A DNA stretch of 64,000 nucleotides, from IMG/VR virus record IMGVR_UViG_3300002026_000015, positions 32,001 through 96,000 of that record; one strand, given 5' to 3'. The notes under the pieces are model-generated. The model was not told the origin of the DNA. It worked only from the letters and a program-made list of their open reading frames with translations, and did no database searches. Shown here piece after piece: positions 50,050-60,200 of the stretch. A program made the translations under genes and the position numbers. Position 1 is the stretch's first letter. Every line of letters starts with the position of its first letter. Source of the DNA: a virus.

Positions 50050-53000
50050 TCAAGAATCTAAAAACTTTCTAGCGATCTCCTTAGACTTCTCAACCATCAC
50101 ATGACTGAGAGTACCAATCATTAACGTCGAATATACCATACGCGCCATATTACTAAATGCACCCATAGTACCATCAAGTATAATTCCATCATCTGTAACA
50201 GGTTCTTTCCCTTCAGGAACAACCTGTGCAACAACGGATTTAATACAGCTAGATAATGTCAATTTGTCCCCTACGCCCATACCTTGTTCATGCTTGATAT
50301 AATACTCAATTACAATGCCACCTTCATCAGGGATAATGCAACCATTAATACGTTTATCAGCACCAGCTTGTAAAGGCTCAGTTTGTTTCAATTGCATCGT
50401 AGTTTTGATATTATCGATCCCAGAAGCCTTTTCAACTTTATTTCGAGCTTTCAGATCCTTAAACCAATCCATTACAAATTTATGAACTGAATCGCTCATA
50501 GTTTCCAATGGAACGGTATAATAAACTTTAATGTCAATAATCTCGCCAGTAGCATTAGCTTTAGGAGTCTGACGTGCCATAGCCATCACATCTTCGCTCA
50601 TTTCGCCAAGGTCTCCCATAAGTTTATTAACATCTTCATCTCCACTGTCTTCAAATACGAGAATAGGGTCACCTTTTAATACGTGATCTCCTCTTTTCTT
50701 AAATGAGACAATATTAGTATCTTTTGTAAGAACGATTTGTTTTCGTTTTACAACTTCAGTATATAGTTTTCTACTAAAGCGTTCGGTAATATTCGATGAG
50801 TCATCATCTGTTACAGATTTCTCATGAAGCACCAGCTTTGCGAGGACACCATCAACGCCTCTAATAGAACCAAATACATCCTTTTTGTAAAATTGCGCTT
50901 CATAGCCTAGTATATCACCTTTTTTAAATTTTTGACCCTCTTTTACATTAGGGACGATATTATTTGGGAAATAGAAGGAACTATTACGCTGAACACTTTC
51001 GCCAATACCTATAGATTCCGAAGAACCATCTGCATACTCAACGATCATGATTTTATTGGCTTCATCAATTCGTTTACACACACCATTGTTTCTAGCTTTA
51101 GGAACGTAGCTATTCCCTACCATATATGGAGTACATTTATCCATACCGGTAGAAACAACTTGTAACGAAGCTTTTTTAACTTTGATAATGTGTTTAGTTT
51201 GACCAGATGTAAACCCAATTCGTTTAGGGTCATCATTACTATTAACAAATGCAATATTCGCTTCTTCAGGAGATGCAATATCGCCAAGTCTTAATTTTTT
51301 AGCTTCTTCTTTAGATCTACAAATATCAATATATCCGCGTGTAGATAATACATTTGGATTTGTAGTCAGCTGTTTAGTAATTCCAACACTTCCGTTATCT
51401 ACGGAACTGATAGCAATCGTGCCAATAGCACTTCTATCATATGCACGTTTTTCAAGAGTAAACACGCGATCATTATTAATCCCGCCGGGCCCCTTGAAAG
51501 TTACAATAGATTTACTCTTCAACTCATTTACAGGGTTTGTTGAATCATAATTCTCAAGAATAAATGATTTATGCAAACCTACCATAACCTGATCTTGTTG
51601 AATAGATATTCTACCTGTACCAGTATTGCTCTGTTTATAGAGTCTGTACTGAGCTGAGATAGCCTTGTACAGAATTACAGATACATTCTCGAATCCACGG
51701 ATACGATAGTTCTCAAGAGAAGTTTCAGGAGTATACGTATTATCAGACAATAACGAATTTGCGTACAAGAAGAGTTCCAAGAAGTCTGTTGGAAGTTTCA
51801 GATCTATAAGAATCTCTTCAGTTATTTTATCGATAAATAACTCTTTGAATGCAGTATGACCTTTATATACATTTCTACTATGAGCAATTTCATAGAAGTA
51901 ATCGATATAAGGTTTTTCAGTATCAAAATCAGCAAATTCATAATCTTCACAATTCATATATGCAAGTCCATTGAGAAGAAGAGACGCGGAAGTATTTGTA
52001 TCATTATAATACAAATATCCATCTTTAAATCTCACATAAACTCGTTCATCGTTTTGTAAACGTTTCTCAGCGAACTCAACTTTAATCTTATCAGTGTTAA
52101 TAACTTTACTAAGACCATATAGAGCTCCCAAGAATGAAATCAAAGCGTAGTCTCTACTTTGAAGTTCAATTTTAGTAAACATTCGACGTTTCGCAATATT
52201 CATCGTTTTCAATACTTCATCAAGATTCTTCATAACCTGATACATGCGAATATCTTCAAAAATCTTATCACAAACGCTATCTGCGGAATCTCGGAGATCA
52301 ACATCGATTACACGACGTTCTTTCCAGTCAATACCGACAGGGAGTCTGTTAACATCGAATTTGTATGTAAGGTTATTATCCTTAATCAATTTTCGAAGTT
52401 CTTTTTGATTGAAGATATATTCACTATTGTGAAGTTTTGAAACCCCAACAATGAATCTATGATACTTCGCAGCGAGTACATCGTATTCGATATTAGTAAT
52501 TACAGAAGTGTTTTCTTTACTATTATCACCGAAGAATACTTTAAATCTTGGATTATTCACAAGATATTTATTAAGCAACTTCTGTAAGTAAGATACGTTT
52601 CTTGTAATTACATTACCTTGACGATAGATAAAACATTTGTTATAATTTGAACTAATCATAACAAGGTCTGGTTTACACTTGATTACAGGAAGAAGTGTCA
52701 ATTGTTTTTTCAATATCTTCTTATTCCCGCCAACGAGAAGGAAACCATCTTCATCGAGTTTTGGAATATCAACACGGACCGTATGACGTTTATCATTATC
52801 ATCAACAAATTTAAACACATATGTGTATTTATTTGTCAACTGATCAGACGTATCATGTTTTTCAACGTCAGTGATATGCATCGCAATACTCTTATTTTCG
52901 CTAAGACTCTTCATGACATTTACAATATCATGCTCCATAGTCTTTTCAATATAAGAGCGTTCCATATCCATAAGGCGAGAACCCTTAACGGAATTATCAC

Positions 53001-54555
53001 GAACTTTTACATCAGGCATAGATGTATCAATAGATGTAACTTTATTATCCAAGATAATTTCTTCGATAGTCTTCTCACCTATTTTAAGAGATTTATATTT
53101 ATCTCTTATAGCCTGACGTCTACGAATCTGGGCAGGTGTAAGTTTAGGTTTATTACTTCTACTTACGGTTGCCAATAGATTTCGTATATCAGAATCCACA
53201 TCTTCGTCTTTTGATCCAGTTTCGGTTCCGTCTTGTACGGTGCCTCCACTATCATCATTCCCATCTCCGACTCCGTCGTCCGATAACATCCCTTCATCGA
53301 TTTCTTCTTCTTCAATAGGAATATCATCAGGGATATCGTTAACGTCATCGATATCATCAACAATCTCAGCATCGGAACTCTCCTCTTCATCAATAAACAC
53401 GTCGTTAATATCTTCATCACCATCATTTTTAACAGCTTTAGATGCCATCAAACCTTCAGCTTTTTGTTGAGCAAGTTTCGCAACTTTATCACTATTCAGC
53501 ATCATATCGACAGCGCCATCAAGAACGTCATCTTTTTTATTGAGAATAGGTTTCTGAGTATCTATAACTGAATTTTCAATAGTCTCAACGGTATCGTCAA
53601 TCATATCATCAGTTACACCAATTGCTTCAAGAGTTTCAGTATTATTTCTGAGAGTTATCTTACAAAGATCTCTCAATCTAGCTAATATCGAAACACCTTT
53701 CATTCTCTGAATATCTTTATCGTTATTGGAGTTAAAAATAAATCCATTACCGTTATTGTTGTAGAATACGATAGATGTATCTTTGATAAGATCATAAATC
53801 TTCACAAGAATAGGATCTTCTTTATACCCAATAACTCCAGCGATTATACATCTGATGATAAATATAGGGATCATTTCATCCATAAGATTCTTAACTGCTC
53901 TAGGAATTTGAACAGATGGATCAATATATTTAACAAGATTAGAGTTGGAAGAAGACATTTTTATACCCATGACAATTTTACCATGAGTCTTACGAACACC
54001 CTCACCTACAGTGAAAAGGTCTGTAGTAAAGATTTCGGATTTACATTTTGGATCGTTCAATATGAAATTGAACCAATCGTAAAAGAATTCTTCAAAATGT
54101 TTAATAAACCTGTTATCTCCCCATACTGCATGGTTGTCAAATTTAGGAAATACATTTTCCAGAACTTTACCATAGTCGTAGATATAGTTTTTACGACCAG
54201 TTCTAACGAAAACAGTTTTCTTAGTTCTAAGAGATGGTAGATCTGAATTGATAACTCGTGGAATATTTTCATCATACTTGAAGAATTTTCTTGTAAAGAT
54301 ATTATCCTTTATACGAAATCTTCTAGGCATCCAGTAAAATGTGACACGCTCACCATATTTATAACCAAATATTGTTTGAATTCCATCCACAATATTATTT
54401 GTAGAAGATTCAAAAGGAAACACTAAGCCTACATTAACTTTATCATTATCAGTTATTCTAAGTCCTGTGGTATAATTTCCACCATTCTTAAATTTTCTGA
54501 GTCTTAAGCTTTTGTAGATTGAACTTAGTGTAGGCTGAATTACGTCATCAGACAT
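50050..54555 (-). CDS. multisubunit RNA polymerase beta-like subunit (virion RNAP type, phiKZ gp178-like)
   Basis: ~1500 aa. P..D.DGF..VGGNKK, NPVNEL..GPGGIN, DNGSVGI..QL, DDPKR..F..Q..H, DDS, GMGVGDKL....KSVV, DG.MG map onto RpoB regions; late promoter at 54598-54587. Confidence 0.88.
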   Translation of the reverse strand: MSDDVIQPTLSSIYKSLRLRKFKNGGNYTTGLRITDNDKVNVGLVFPFESSTNNIVDGIQTIFGYKYGERVTFYWMPRRFRIKDNIFTRKFFKYDENIPRVINSDLPSLRTKKTVFVRTGRKNYIYDYGKVLENVFPKFDNHAVWGDNRFIKHFEEFFYDWFNFILNDPKCKSEIFTTDLFTVGEGVRKTHGKIVMGIKMSSSNSNLVKYIDPSVQIPRAVKNLMDEMIPIFIIRCIIAGVIGYKEDPILVKIYDLIKDTSIVFYNNNGNGFIFNSNNDKDIQRMKGVSILARLRDLCKITLRNNTETLEAIGVTDDMIDDTVETIENSVIDTQKPILNKKDDVLDGAVDMMLNSDKVAKLAQQKAEGLMASKAVKNDGDEDINDVFIDEEESSDAEIVDDIDDVNDIPDDIPIEEEEIDEGMLSDDGVGDGNDDSGGTVQDGTETGSKDEDVDSDIRNLLATVSRSNKPKLTPAQIRRRQAIRDKYKSLKIGEKTIEEIILDNKVTSIDTSMPDVKVRDNSVKGSRLMDMERSYIEKTMEHDIVNVMKSLSENKSIAMHITDVEKHDTSDQLTNKYTYVFKFVDDNDKRHTVRVDIPKLDEDGFLLVGGNKKILKKQLTLLPVIKCKPDLVMISSNYNKCFIYRQGNVITRNVSYLQKLLNKYLVNNPRFKVFFGDNSKENTSVITNIEYDVLAAKYHRFIVGVSKLHNSEYIFNQKELRKLIKDNNLTYKFDVNRLPVGIDWKERRVIDVDLRDSADSVCDKIFEDIRMYQVMKNLDEVLKTMNIAKRRMFTKIELQSRDYALISFLGALYGLSKVINTDKIKVEFAEKRLQNDERVYVRFKDGYLYYNDTNTSASLLLNGLAYMNCEDYEFADFDTEKPYIDYFYEIAHSRNVYKGHTAFKELFIDKITEEILIDLKLPTDFLELFLYANSLLSDNTYTPETSLENYRIRGFENVSVILYKAISAQYRLYKQSNTGTGRISIQQDQVMVGLHKSFILENYDSTNPVNELKSKSIVTFKGPGGINNDRVFTLEKRAYDRSAIGTIAISSVDNGSVGITKQLTTNPNVLSTRGYIDICRSKEEAKKLRLGDIASPEEANIAFVNSNDDPKRIGFTSGQTKHIIKVKKASLQVVSTGMDKCTPYMVGNSYVPKARNNGVCKRIDEANKIMIVEYADGSSESIGIGESVQRNSSFYFPNNIVPNVKEGQKFKKGDILGYEAQFYKKDVFGSIRGVDGVLAKLVLHEKSVTDDDSSNITERFSRKLYTEVVKRKQIVLTKDTNIVSFKKRGDHVLKGDPILVFEDSGDEDVNKLMGDLGEMSEDVMAMARQTPKANATGEIIDIKVYYTVPLETMSDSVHKFVMDWFKDLKARNKVEKASGIDNIKTTMQLKQTEPLQAGADKRINGCIIPDEGGIVIEYYIKHEQGMGVGDKLTLSSCIKSVVAQVVPEGKEPVTDDGIILDGTMGAFSNMARMVYSTLMIGTLSHVMVEKSKEIARKFLDS

Positions 54556-54659
54556 AAGTACCCCTCGTTTATTCATTGTTGACATACATTAGTATGTTTT
54601 CTGATAGTTACATGAACGTTATATTGTAGAGAATTATTTATTTATTCCAAGGAGAATAT

Positions 54660-55655
54660 ATGTCAGAGTTCAAACTTCCGTTCGACATTTCAGACCTTCA
54701 TCAGATAATTCTGATTATCGGCGAACGTTACAAAACGTCACAAGTTACAAAAGCTATCGAAGGAATTAAAGGTATTTCAAACGTTAAACTTTTGAATCCT
54801 TTCACTGTTTCGGTAAATGCGTATGTAGATTTTATTTGGAAACAAGAAGAAGGTGATTCTGTATCACGACTGTATGATACTTTCATCTCTATGATTACCG
54901 AATATATCGATTGTTCTGCTGCTGAGTTTTCAAGTCTCATTACAGCAGAAGATTCTGAAACTGGTATCTGTTTCATCGAATTTAAAGAATTCCTTGACGA
55001 TCTTATTGAAATTGATCCAGATATGTCAATGGCTATGGCGTTTGATGCAATCTTCGATGAATATGCAAGACGCGATCCGGAAGATATCTATAAGTTTGAA
55101 CAGAAAATTATCCTCGAAGAGGGTAAAACACGTACATATCGTGCTGACAAACAACATCTTGCCGGTGCTTCATATTTCAACGATTCGTACAATTCTGGAA
55201 TTCCCCCTATTACAAGGGATATTTACGCTGGATTTGAAGAGTATGATCCATATCTCAAAGCTCTTAAATTCAACTATGAAACTGACAGAGGTATCATTTC
55301 GCTTTTAATATCTATCGATCCTAAAGTAGATGTTAAAGAGCGTATATATCTCAGCGCGTACAACGGCGTTATTTGCAAGATTCATGAATTCTGTGGAGAT
55401 GATTCATTGATTTCAACTATTCGCGGTCGAGCTGATGATTACATCAATCGTTCTGTAGTACGTTTCGATATCACAAATATCTCACGTGTTTACAGAGATC
55501 AGTCAATTAAGAAGGATTTCGATCTGATTTCTTCTCTTAAAAAAGAACAACTTTCTGAACGTCAGGGATCAACGTCTTTGTACAATGCATCACTGTATAC
55601 AGCGTTTACTAAGATTACCGAAGATATCGAAAAATTGTCTTGTTACGTAAAATAA
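54660..55655 (+). CDS. hypothetical protein
   Basis: 331 aa, RBS aaggag, divergent from the RNAP gene, promoter variant AACGTTATATTG at 54615-54626. Confidence 0.7.
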   Translation: MSEFKLPFDISDLHQIILIIGERYKTSQVTKAIEGIKGISNVKLLNPFTVSVNAYVDFIWKQEEGDSVSRLYDTFISMITEYIDCSAAEFSSLITAEDSETGICFIEFKEFLDDLIEIDPDMSMAMAFDAIFDEYARRDPEDIYKFEQKIILEEGKTRTYRADKQHLAGASYFNDSYNSGIPPITRDIYAGFEEYDPYLKALKFNYETDRGIISLLISIDPKVDVKERIYLSAYNGVICKIHEFCGDDSLISTIRGRADDYINRSVVRFDITNISRVYRDQSIKKDFDLISSLKKEQLSERQGSTSLYNASLYTAFTKITEDIEKLSCYVK

Positions 55656-55745
55656 AATAAGTAGCCAGGGAGAAATCCCTGGTTATTTATTAAATTCATT
55701 TCCTGAGTATATATAGAATCTTGAAAATAAACAAGGGAGATTTCT

Positions 55746-56435
55746 ATGAAAAGACCTGAAATGATAATGCGTATAAATACGTATTGTAGAGTTGTTGAGA
55801 GAATCTATAATAGTATAGATGAGATCGATCAAGAAGAGTATGATATAAATATGGTAATCAAATGCTGCAAAGGTCTGTTACCATATCATGGAGGGTTATA
55901 TTCTGAGAGTGGTTGTATATGGAGATATGTTGATGATCTTCCATTTTTGAAAGCTAATTACGATTTCCAAGATACACTATTATTTGGAAATAAACTTGTC
56001 CTAGCAAGTGACAATGATCGTATAGATGATGCAAATTTAGCATACTCTAAAAACGATTGGTTATTAGATATTTCAAATATTGATATCGAACAAGATTATC
56101 CTAAAGTTCAGTCGACCTTATACAAAGCGATTAGAAATAATGCACTTGTTACAAAAGACATATCTTATCCCGACATATGGAAATTCGCAGTAGTTCAAAC
56201 AGATCTACTTGGAAATATTATACAAATATTTCCAAATTTATCTCATGTATATGAAAAATTTGGAATGAAACGATCTACTATAAAGAAATTTTTAGATACT
56301 GAAGAACCTATGTATAATTATAAATGGTATAAATATCCAACATTGTTTTCATTATACCAAAATATCTACAACAGTTTCATCTCATCAATGTTTAATTTTA
56401 CAGGATTTTATATAGATCCGATGAAAAAGTACTAA
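55746..56435 (+). CDS. NUMOD1/IENR1-repeat DNA-binding protein without a recognisable nuclease domain
   Basis: IYNSI....INMVIKCCKG..SGCIWRY and AVVQTDLLGNIIQIFPNL...STIKK...YNYKWYKY. Confidence 0.6.
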   Translation: MKRPEMIMRINTYCRVVERIYNSIDEIDQEEYDINMVIKCCKGLLPYHGGLYSESGCIWRYVDDLPFLKANYDFQDTLLFGNKLVLASDNDRIDDANLAYSKNDWLLDISNIDIEQDYPKVQSTLYKAIRNNALVTKDISYPDIWKFAVVQTDLLGNIIQIFPNLSHVYEKFGMKRSTIKKFLDTEEPMYNYKWYKYPTLFSLYQNIYNSFISSMFNFTGFYIDPMKKY

Positions 56436-57081
56436 AAATCTCTGACACTTTTAGTCGAAATTTGGAGTAGAATTTTTACTCCATTTTTCGAGTTTTAACG
56501 TTTTTCGAACTTAAAATATTCCTACTCATATACGAAAGTATATTTTCGTCATTTTTCACTTTTTTGACTAATTTTGTCATCGACAATCCCACTGTTTACG
56601 TTAAAAACGTGTTGGAAAAGGGGAGTAAATTGAACCCCAAATTATATATATAGTAGTGTACTACTATATACGATAAATCTTAAAAAAGAGAATAGAATTA
56701 AATATAATCAAATAATGATAAGTAAGCGAATGCACGATATGATGGACGACCGCAGGGAAGTGATCACGATAGTAAATATTAATCAGAGATAGTCAAGAAG
56801 TAATCAGAGAATGAAATGAGAACGAACGAAGTGAGATAAGTATAATAATAACTTCTATATAATGGATGGGAGTATTTTTGTTTCTCGCGTTTTTCGAGAA
56901 ACCTTTTTTTTTCATACATGGAATGTTAAAATTGAAATATAATTATTTATCTGTGATTCCCTTCGGGTTTAGATTATGCTCCCGGAGGTCGCGTTAGTTA
57001 CAACGTAATTCAAATATCTTAATATCCTACGATGGACAATCTATTGATTATTTACCAATAAACTTTTCAGGGAGTTAAGAG
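56436..57081. other. long non-coding region, candidate replication origin
   Basis: ~645 bp without an ORF; many hairpins and palindromes; alternating T-rich and A/G-rich strands; upstream of the DnaB-like operon. Confidence 0.45.
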
Positions 57082-58188
57082 ATGTCAGTAGCGACTCTTG
57101 TAAAATCACGGACTAGTGATAAAATTAATACTGAGAAAGTCACAATCATTCCAAAGATTAAGAAAACGACAAATCGAGTTCATTTCATTAGTCTTAAAAA
57201 GAAAGATGGTGACAAGCCGTCTAAAGTGGAAATGCATACAACCGACATGATTAAAAATATCGATCTGTATGCTCGTGTGATTATGAATGTCCAACTGTTG
57301 AACTACAATCTCATCGACGAACTGTTTGATTTGTCTGAAGATATTGTAAGCGTATTCTGCGAAGGTAATGATATTGAAGACATTTTCCCACCAGTAAGAG
57401 TCTTGGAAACTACCAAGAAAGACTTCAGTGGTAAGAAAGCTAAAAATATCAAAGTTGTTACTTGGATGACGGTTGATATTCCATACATCGATGGTAAACT
57501 TGAAGAGCTCAATGTAATTATCAATATTATAAATGGTAAATATAAAGATGCTTGTAAAGAATGCGGTGTTAGCGGAAATGAAAGTTATATAGTTGCAAAA
57601 CTTATGGCTGAAATCAAATCCGTAGCAGTTGAAAATCAATATTCAATGTATATCGCTGCCAACTTTCAGAAGCCTACTAAAAACGTATGCAACATCACTG
57701 CAAGACTGAATCATCCAAGTTGGACAGATCCAATCAGTTGGCCAACTGATAATACCCATTATAATCCTGGGTATGATATTCAGTTCCAAGAGTTTGGTGA
57801 TCCTGAAGAGCATACTTACGATAGAGTTATCTTTGACGATAGAGTTCGTCTCCTCGAACTTACAGTCAACAGATATATTCTTAAAGCTGAAAAAACTTAT
57901 CTGCCATATCTCTCGTCAAGAACTATCTTTATTGATAAGAAAGAAGTTAACAAACCTCTTATTTCTAAAGATAATGATGGAAACATCATCTTGAGAGAAA
58001 TCAAAATATCTATGAAGGAAAATCCTTCTACAATTGATTCTATCGAATCTACTGTCTACAATTTCGTATCTTCGAATTCTAGACTTAGTCGAGACAAGAT
58101 TATCAAATTCTCAAATCTCGTCGGAATCACAGCCTCTAAGCCTGTAATGGATAGATGGATTAAAGATGTTTTAGAAATCAATGGTTAA
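57082..58188 (+). CDS. hypothetical protein upstream of the replicative helicase
   Basis: 368 aa, RBS gggag, promoter variant GACAATCTATTG at 57035-57046. Confidence 0.7.
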   Translation: MSVATLVKSRTSDKINTEKVTIIPKIKKTTNRVHFISLKKKDGDKPSKVEMHTTDMIKNIDLYARVIMNVQLLNYNLIDELFDLSEDIVSVFCEGNDIEDIFPPVRVLETTKKDFSGKKAKNIKVVTWMTVDIPYIDGKLEELNVIINIINGKYKDACKECGVSGNESYIVAKLMAEIKSVAVENQYSMYIAANFQKPTKNVCNITARLNHPSWTDPISWPTDNTHYNPGYDIQFQEFGDPEEHTYDRVIFDDRVRLLELTVNRYILKAEKTYLPYLSSRTIFIDKKEVNKPLISKDNDGNIILREIKISMKENPSTIDSIESTVYNFVSSNSRLSRDKIIKFSNLVGITASKPVMDRWIKDVLEING

Positions 58189-58219
58189 AACTTAAATCGA
58201 ACGTTATCTAGTTCGAGAG

Positions 58220-59899
58220 GTGTCTATGGTTAAGAAAGCGAAAAAGAAGCTCAAACTACCTGCTATTATGAATAGTCGGTTTTTGTTAGCTCTGCTAAAA
58301 GTTGTCATGCACGGTGAGATTGGAGTTTCAAAACTCACCATGATTGGCACTTTAATGAAAATGGTAGATATAGGTTCATACAGTAAAGATATAGAGATTG
58401 TATCAATTTATAAATCTTTAGAAATTGCTTTGGATTGTAAGATTGATGATATCAAAGACAATCAGCTCATAATGAGTTTGATTGAAACTAGTATTCATAA
58501 TGAAGACAATACCGAAATAGTTTCAGGACTTGTTGAACCAATAGTTCTTGGCATCATGAAGCTTCAAGAAAAAGAAATTTCATGGACACTGACTACTGTA
58601 TCAACTTATTCTAAAGCTGGATTCCTTCTGGAATACAAAGATAGTATTATCGACAAGCTTATGAATATTGAGACTGGTAGTTCTTATGGTGTAGAAAGTG
58701 TAGTTGACGAATTCCAAAAAGAAATCGCTGAATTACACATGAAACTCCATAAAACCTTAAGTTCTGATAGTTTGAGTACAACTGAGCCTGTATCAATCTC
58801 TGATCCAGAATTCATGAGTAAGTATTTCAAAAAAGTTTATGATATGAGTAAACGAAGTACGAAAGTCTTGAAAACTGGTATTAAGAAATTGAATGAGATG
58901 CTTAGTGAAGAAGGTGGATTCTTAACTGGTAAAATGTATACCATATACGCTCCAACTAACTCCTTTAAAACTGGATTACTTCTTTATATTGCGAAATGGA
59001 TTCAGCAGTATAATAGTGATGCATATTTGGAGAAGTTTAAAGAGAATGGAAAGCGACCAACGATTGTTGTAGTATCTCTTGAAAATACATGGGATGAAAA
59101 CACTGAGAGATTATTCTCTATGTTTTCCGGATGTAATATGCGGGATGTTAAAACATTTGATGAAGCTTCTAATATGTGGCGTACAAACGTTTATCGTACA
59201 AATTCAATTATTGATATTTGTATGGTTTATGGTAAAGCTGGAAGATTTAGTCCTTCAGATCTCGAATATCGAATTGACGAAATTGAAGCTGCTGGCGGTC
59301 ATGTTATTGCATCTATTTTAGACTATGCGCGTATTATGAGAGATGATTTATCAAATCCTGATCCTCGTGTAAAAGCTATAAATATTTTCACTGACCTGCA
59401 CGAAATAGTGGCTGTAAGACCAGATATGGTAATGATAACTGCTCACCACACTAACCGTGAAGGTGACAAATTGTTAACAGATGTGGCAGATAGAGGAGGC
59501 GTGGATAAGGTTAAAGTGCTCGGTAGACAACACTTGACAGAAGCTCATGGTGTTGAAGATGCTATCGATGCTTCCATATTCATTAACCCGGAAATATCAC
59601 CTTATACCGGAGAAAGTTATCTAACTTTCAAGAAAGGTAAAATGCGATATAAGCGAACTCCTCTAGAATATTTTGCTCATAAACTTGTGAATAGATTCTT
59701 CCTAACTGATGATATTGATCTCGAACACTCGTTATCAATAGAATCTCTAGCTCAAACTTCTCAGGAACACGATGGGGAAGCAGTGTACAGTAATGAGAGA
59801 GCTGGATCTAAAGGTAGAGTTTCTGCAAGACGGATTGAGGAAAAGCCTAAGAATGTGATATTCTTTGATAGTGGCGAAGATGAGAATTTAGCCGCTTAA
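58220..59899 (+). CDS. DnaB-like replicative helicase (SF4)
   Basis: LKTGIKKLNEML..GG, Walker A variant APTNSFKT, VSLEN, ILDYARIM, ITAHH.NR, KGKMR. Confidence 0.85.
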   Translation: MSMVKKAKKKLKLPAIMNSRFLLALLKVVMHGEIGVSKLTMIGTLMKMVDIGSYSKDIEIVSIYKSLEIALDCKIDDIKDNQLIMSLIETSIHNEDNTEIVSGLVEPIVLGIMKLQEKEISWTLTTVSTYSKAGFLLEYKDSIIDKLMNIETGSSYGVESVVDEFQKEIAELHMKLHKTLSSDSLSTTEPVSISDPEFMSKYFKKVYDMSKRSTKVLKTGIKKLNEMLSEEGGFLTGKMYTIYAPTNSFKTGLLLYIAKWIQQYNSDAYLEKFKENGKRPTIVVVSLENTWDENTERLFSMFSGCNMRDVKTFDEASNMWRTNVYRTNSIIDICMVYGKAGRFSPSDLEYRIDEIEAAGGHVIASILDYARIMRDDLSNPDPRVKAINIFTDLHEIVAVRPDMVMITAHHTNREGDKLLTDVADRGGVDKVKVLGRQHLTEAHGVEDAIDASIFINPEISPYTGESYLTFKKGKMRYKRTPLEYFAHKLVNRFFLTDDIDLEHSLSIESLAQTSQEHDGEAVYSNERAGSKGRVSARRIEEKPKNVIFFDSGEDENLAA

Positions 59900-59917
59900 T
59901 GATTATAACATTCTAGT

Positions 59918-60200
59918 GGTAAGAAGTAGGTATCGTTGTTGACGTTATATATCATGCGCATTATTCTAATCGCTGATCGGAAATAATAAATTACAACAAC
60001 TTGAATTACACGAAAACCTCACTGGGCGTAGAACATTCGGTATTTAAAAGAATAAACAACTCCCCGTTTCTTTTAAATATACACCATATATATTGACCAC
60101 TGGAACCTCTCGGTGCACGTTCTAACTCAGTATATATTGGATCCGTATTTTTTAGTGATTGCTAGATAGTTGGGTCGAAAGGCCCAGCTATTTATTTTTG
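59918..60200 (+). ncRNA. candidate ~280-nt structured RNA
   Basis: Late promoter AACATTCTAGTG (59907-59918), several long stems, no ORF with an RBS, terminator atagttgggtc-gaaa-ggcccagctat plus T-run. Confidence 0.5.

Noticed and set aside
50050-54555. Intron or intein in the RNAP subunit (acidic stretch ~53160-53440)
   Set aside because: The ORF is continuous with no intein C/S..HN boundaries or endonuclease motifs; the stretch is a low-complexity linker
56780-56840. Repeated aatcagaga and GA-rich units as a possible mini-CRISPR array
   Set aside because: Repeats are only 9 bp, occur twice, and have no regular spacers; no cas genes are present
59918-60200. tRNA, tmRNA or T-box identity for the candidate RNA
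   Set aside because: No TTCGA T-loop/CCA end, no tmRNA termini, and no T-box antiterminator consensus
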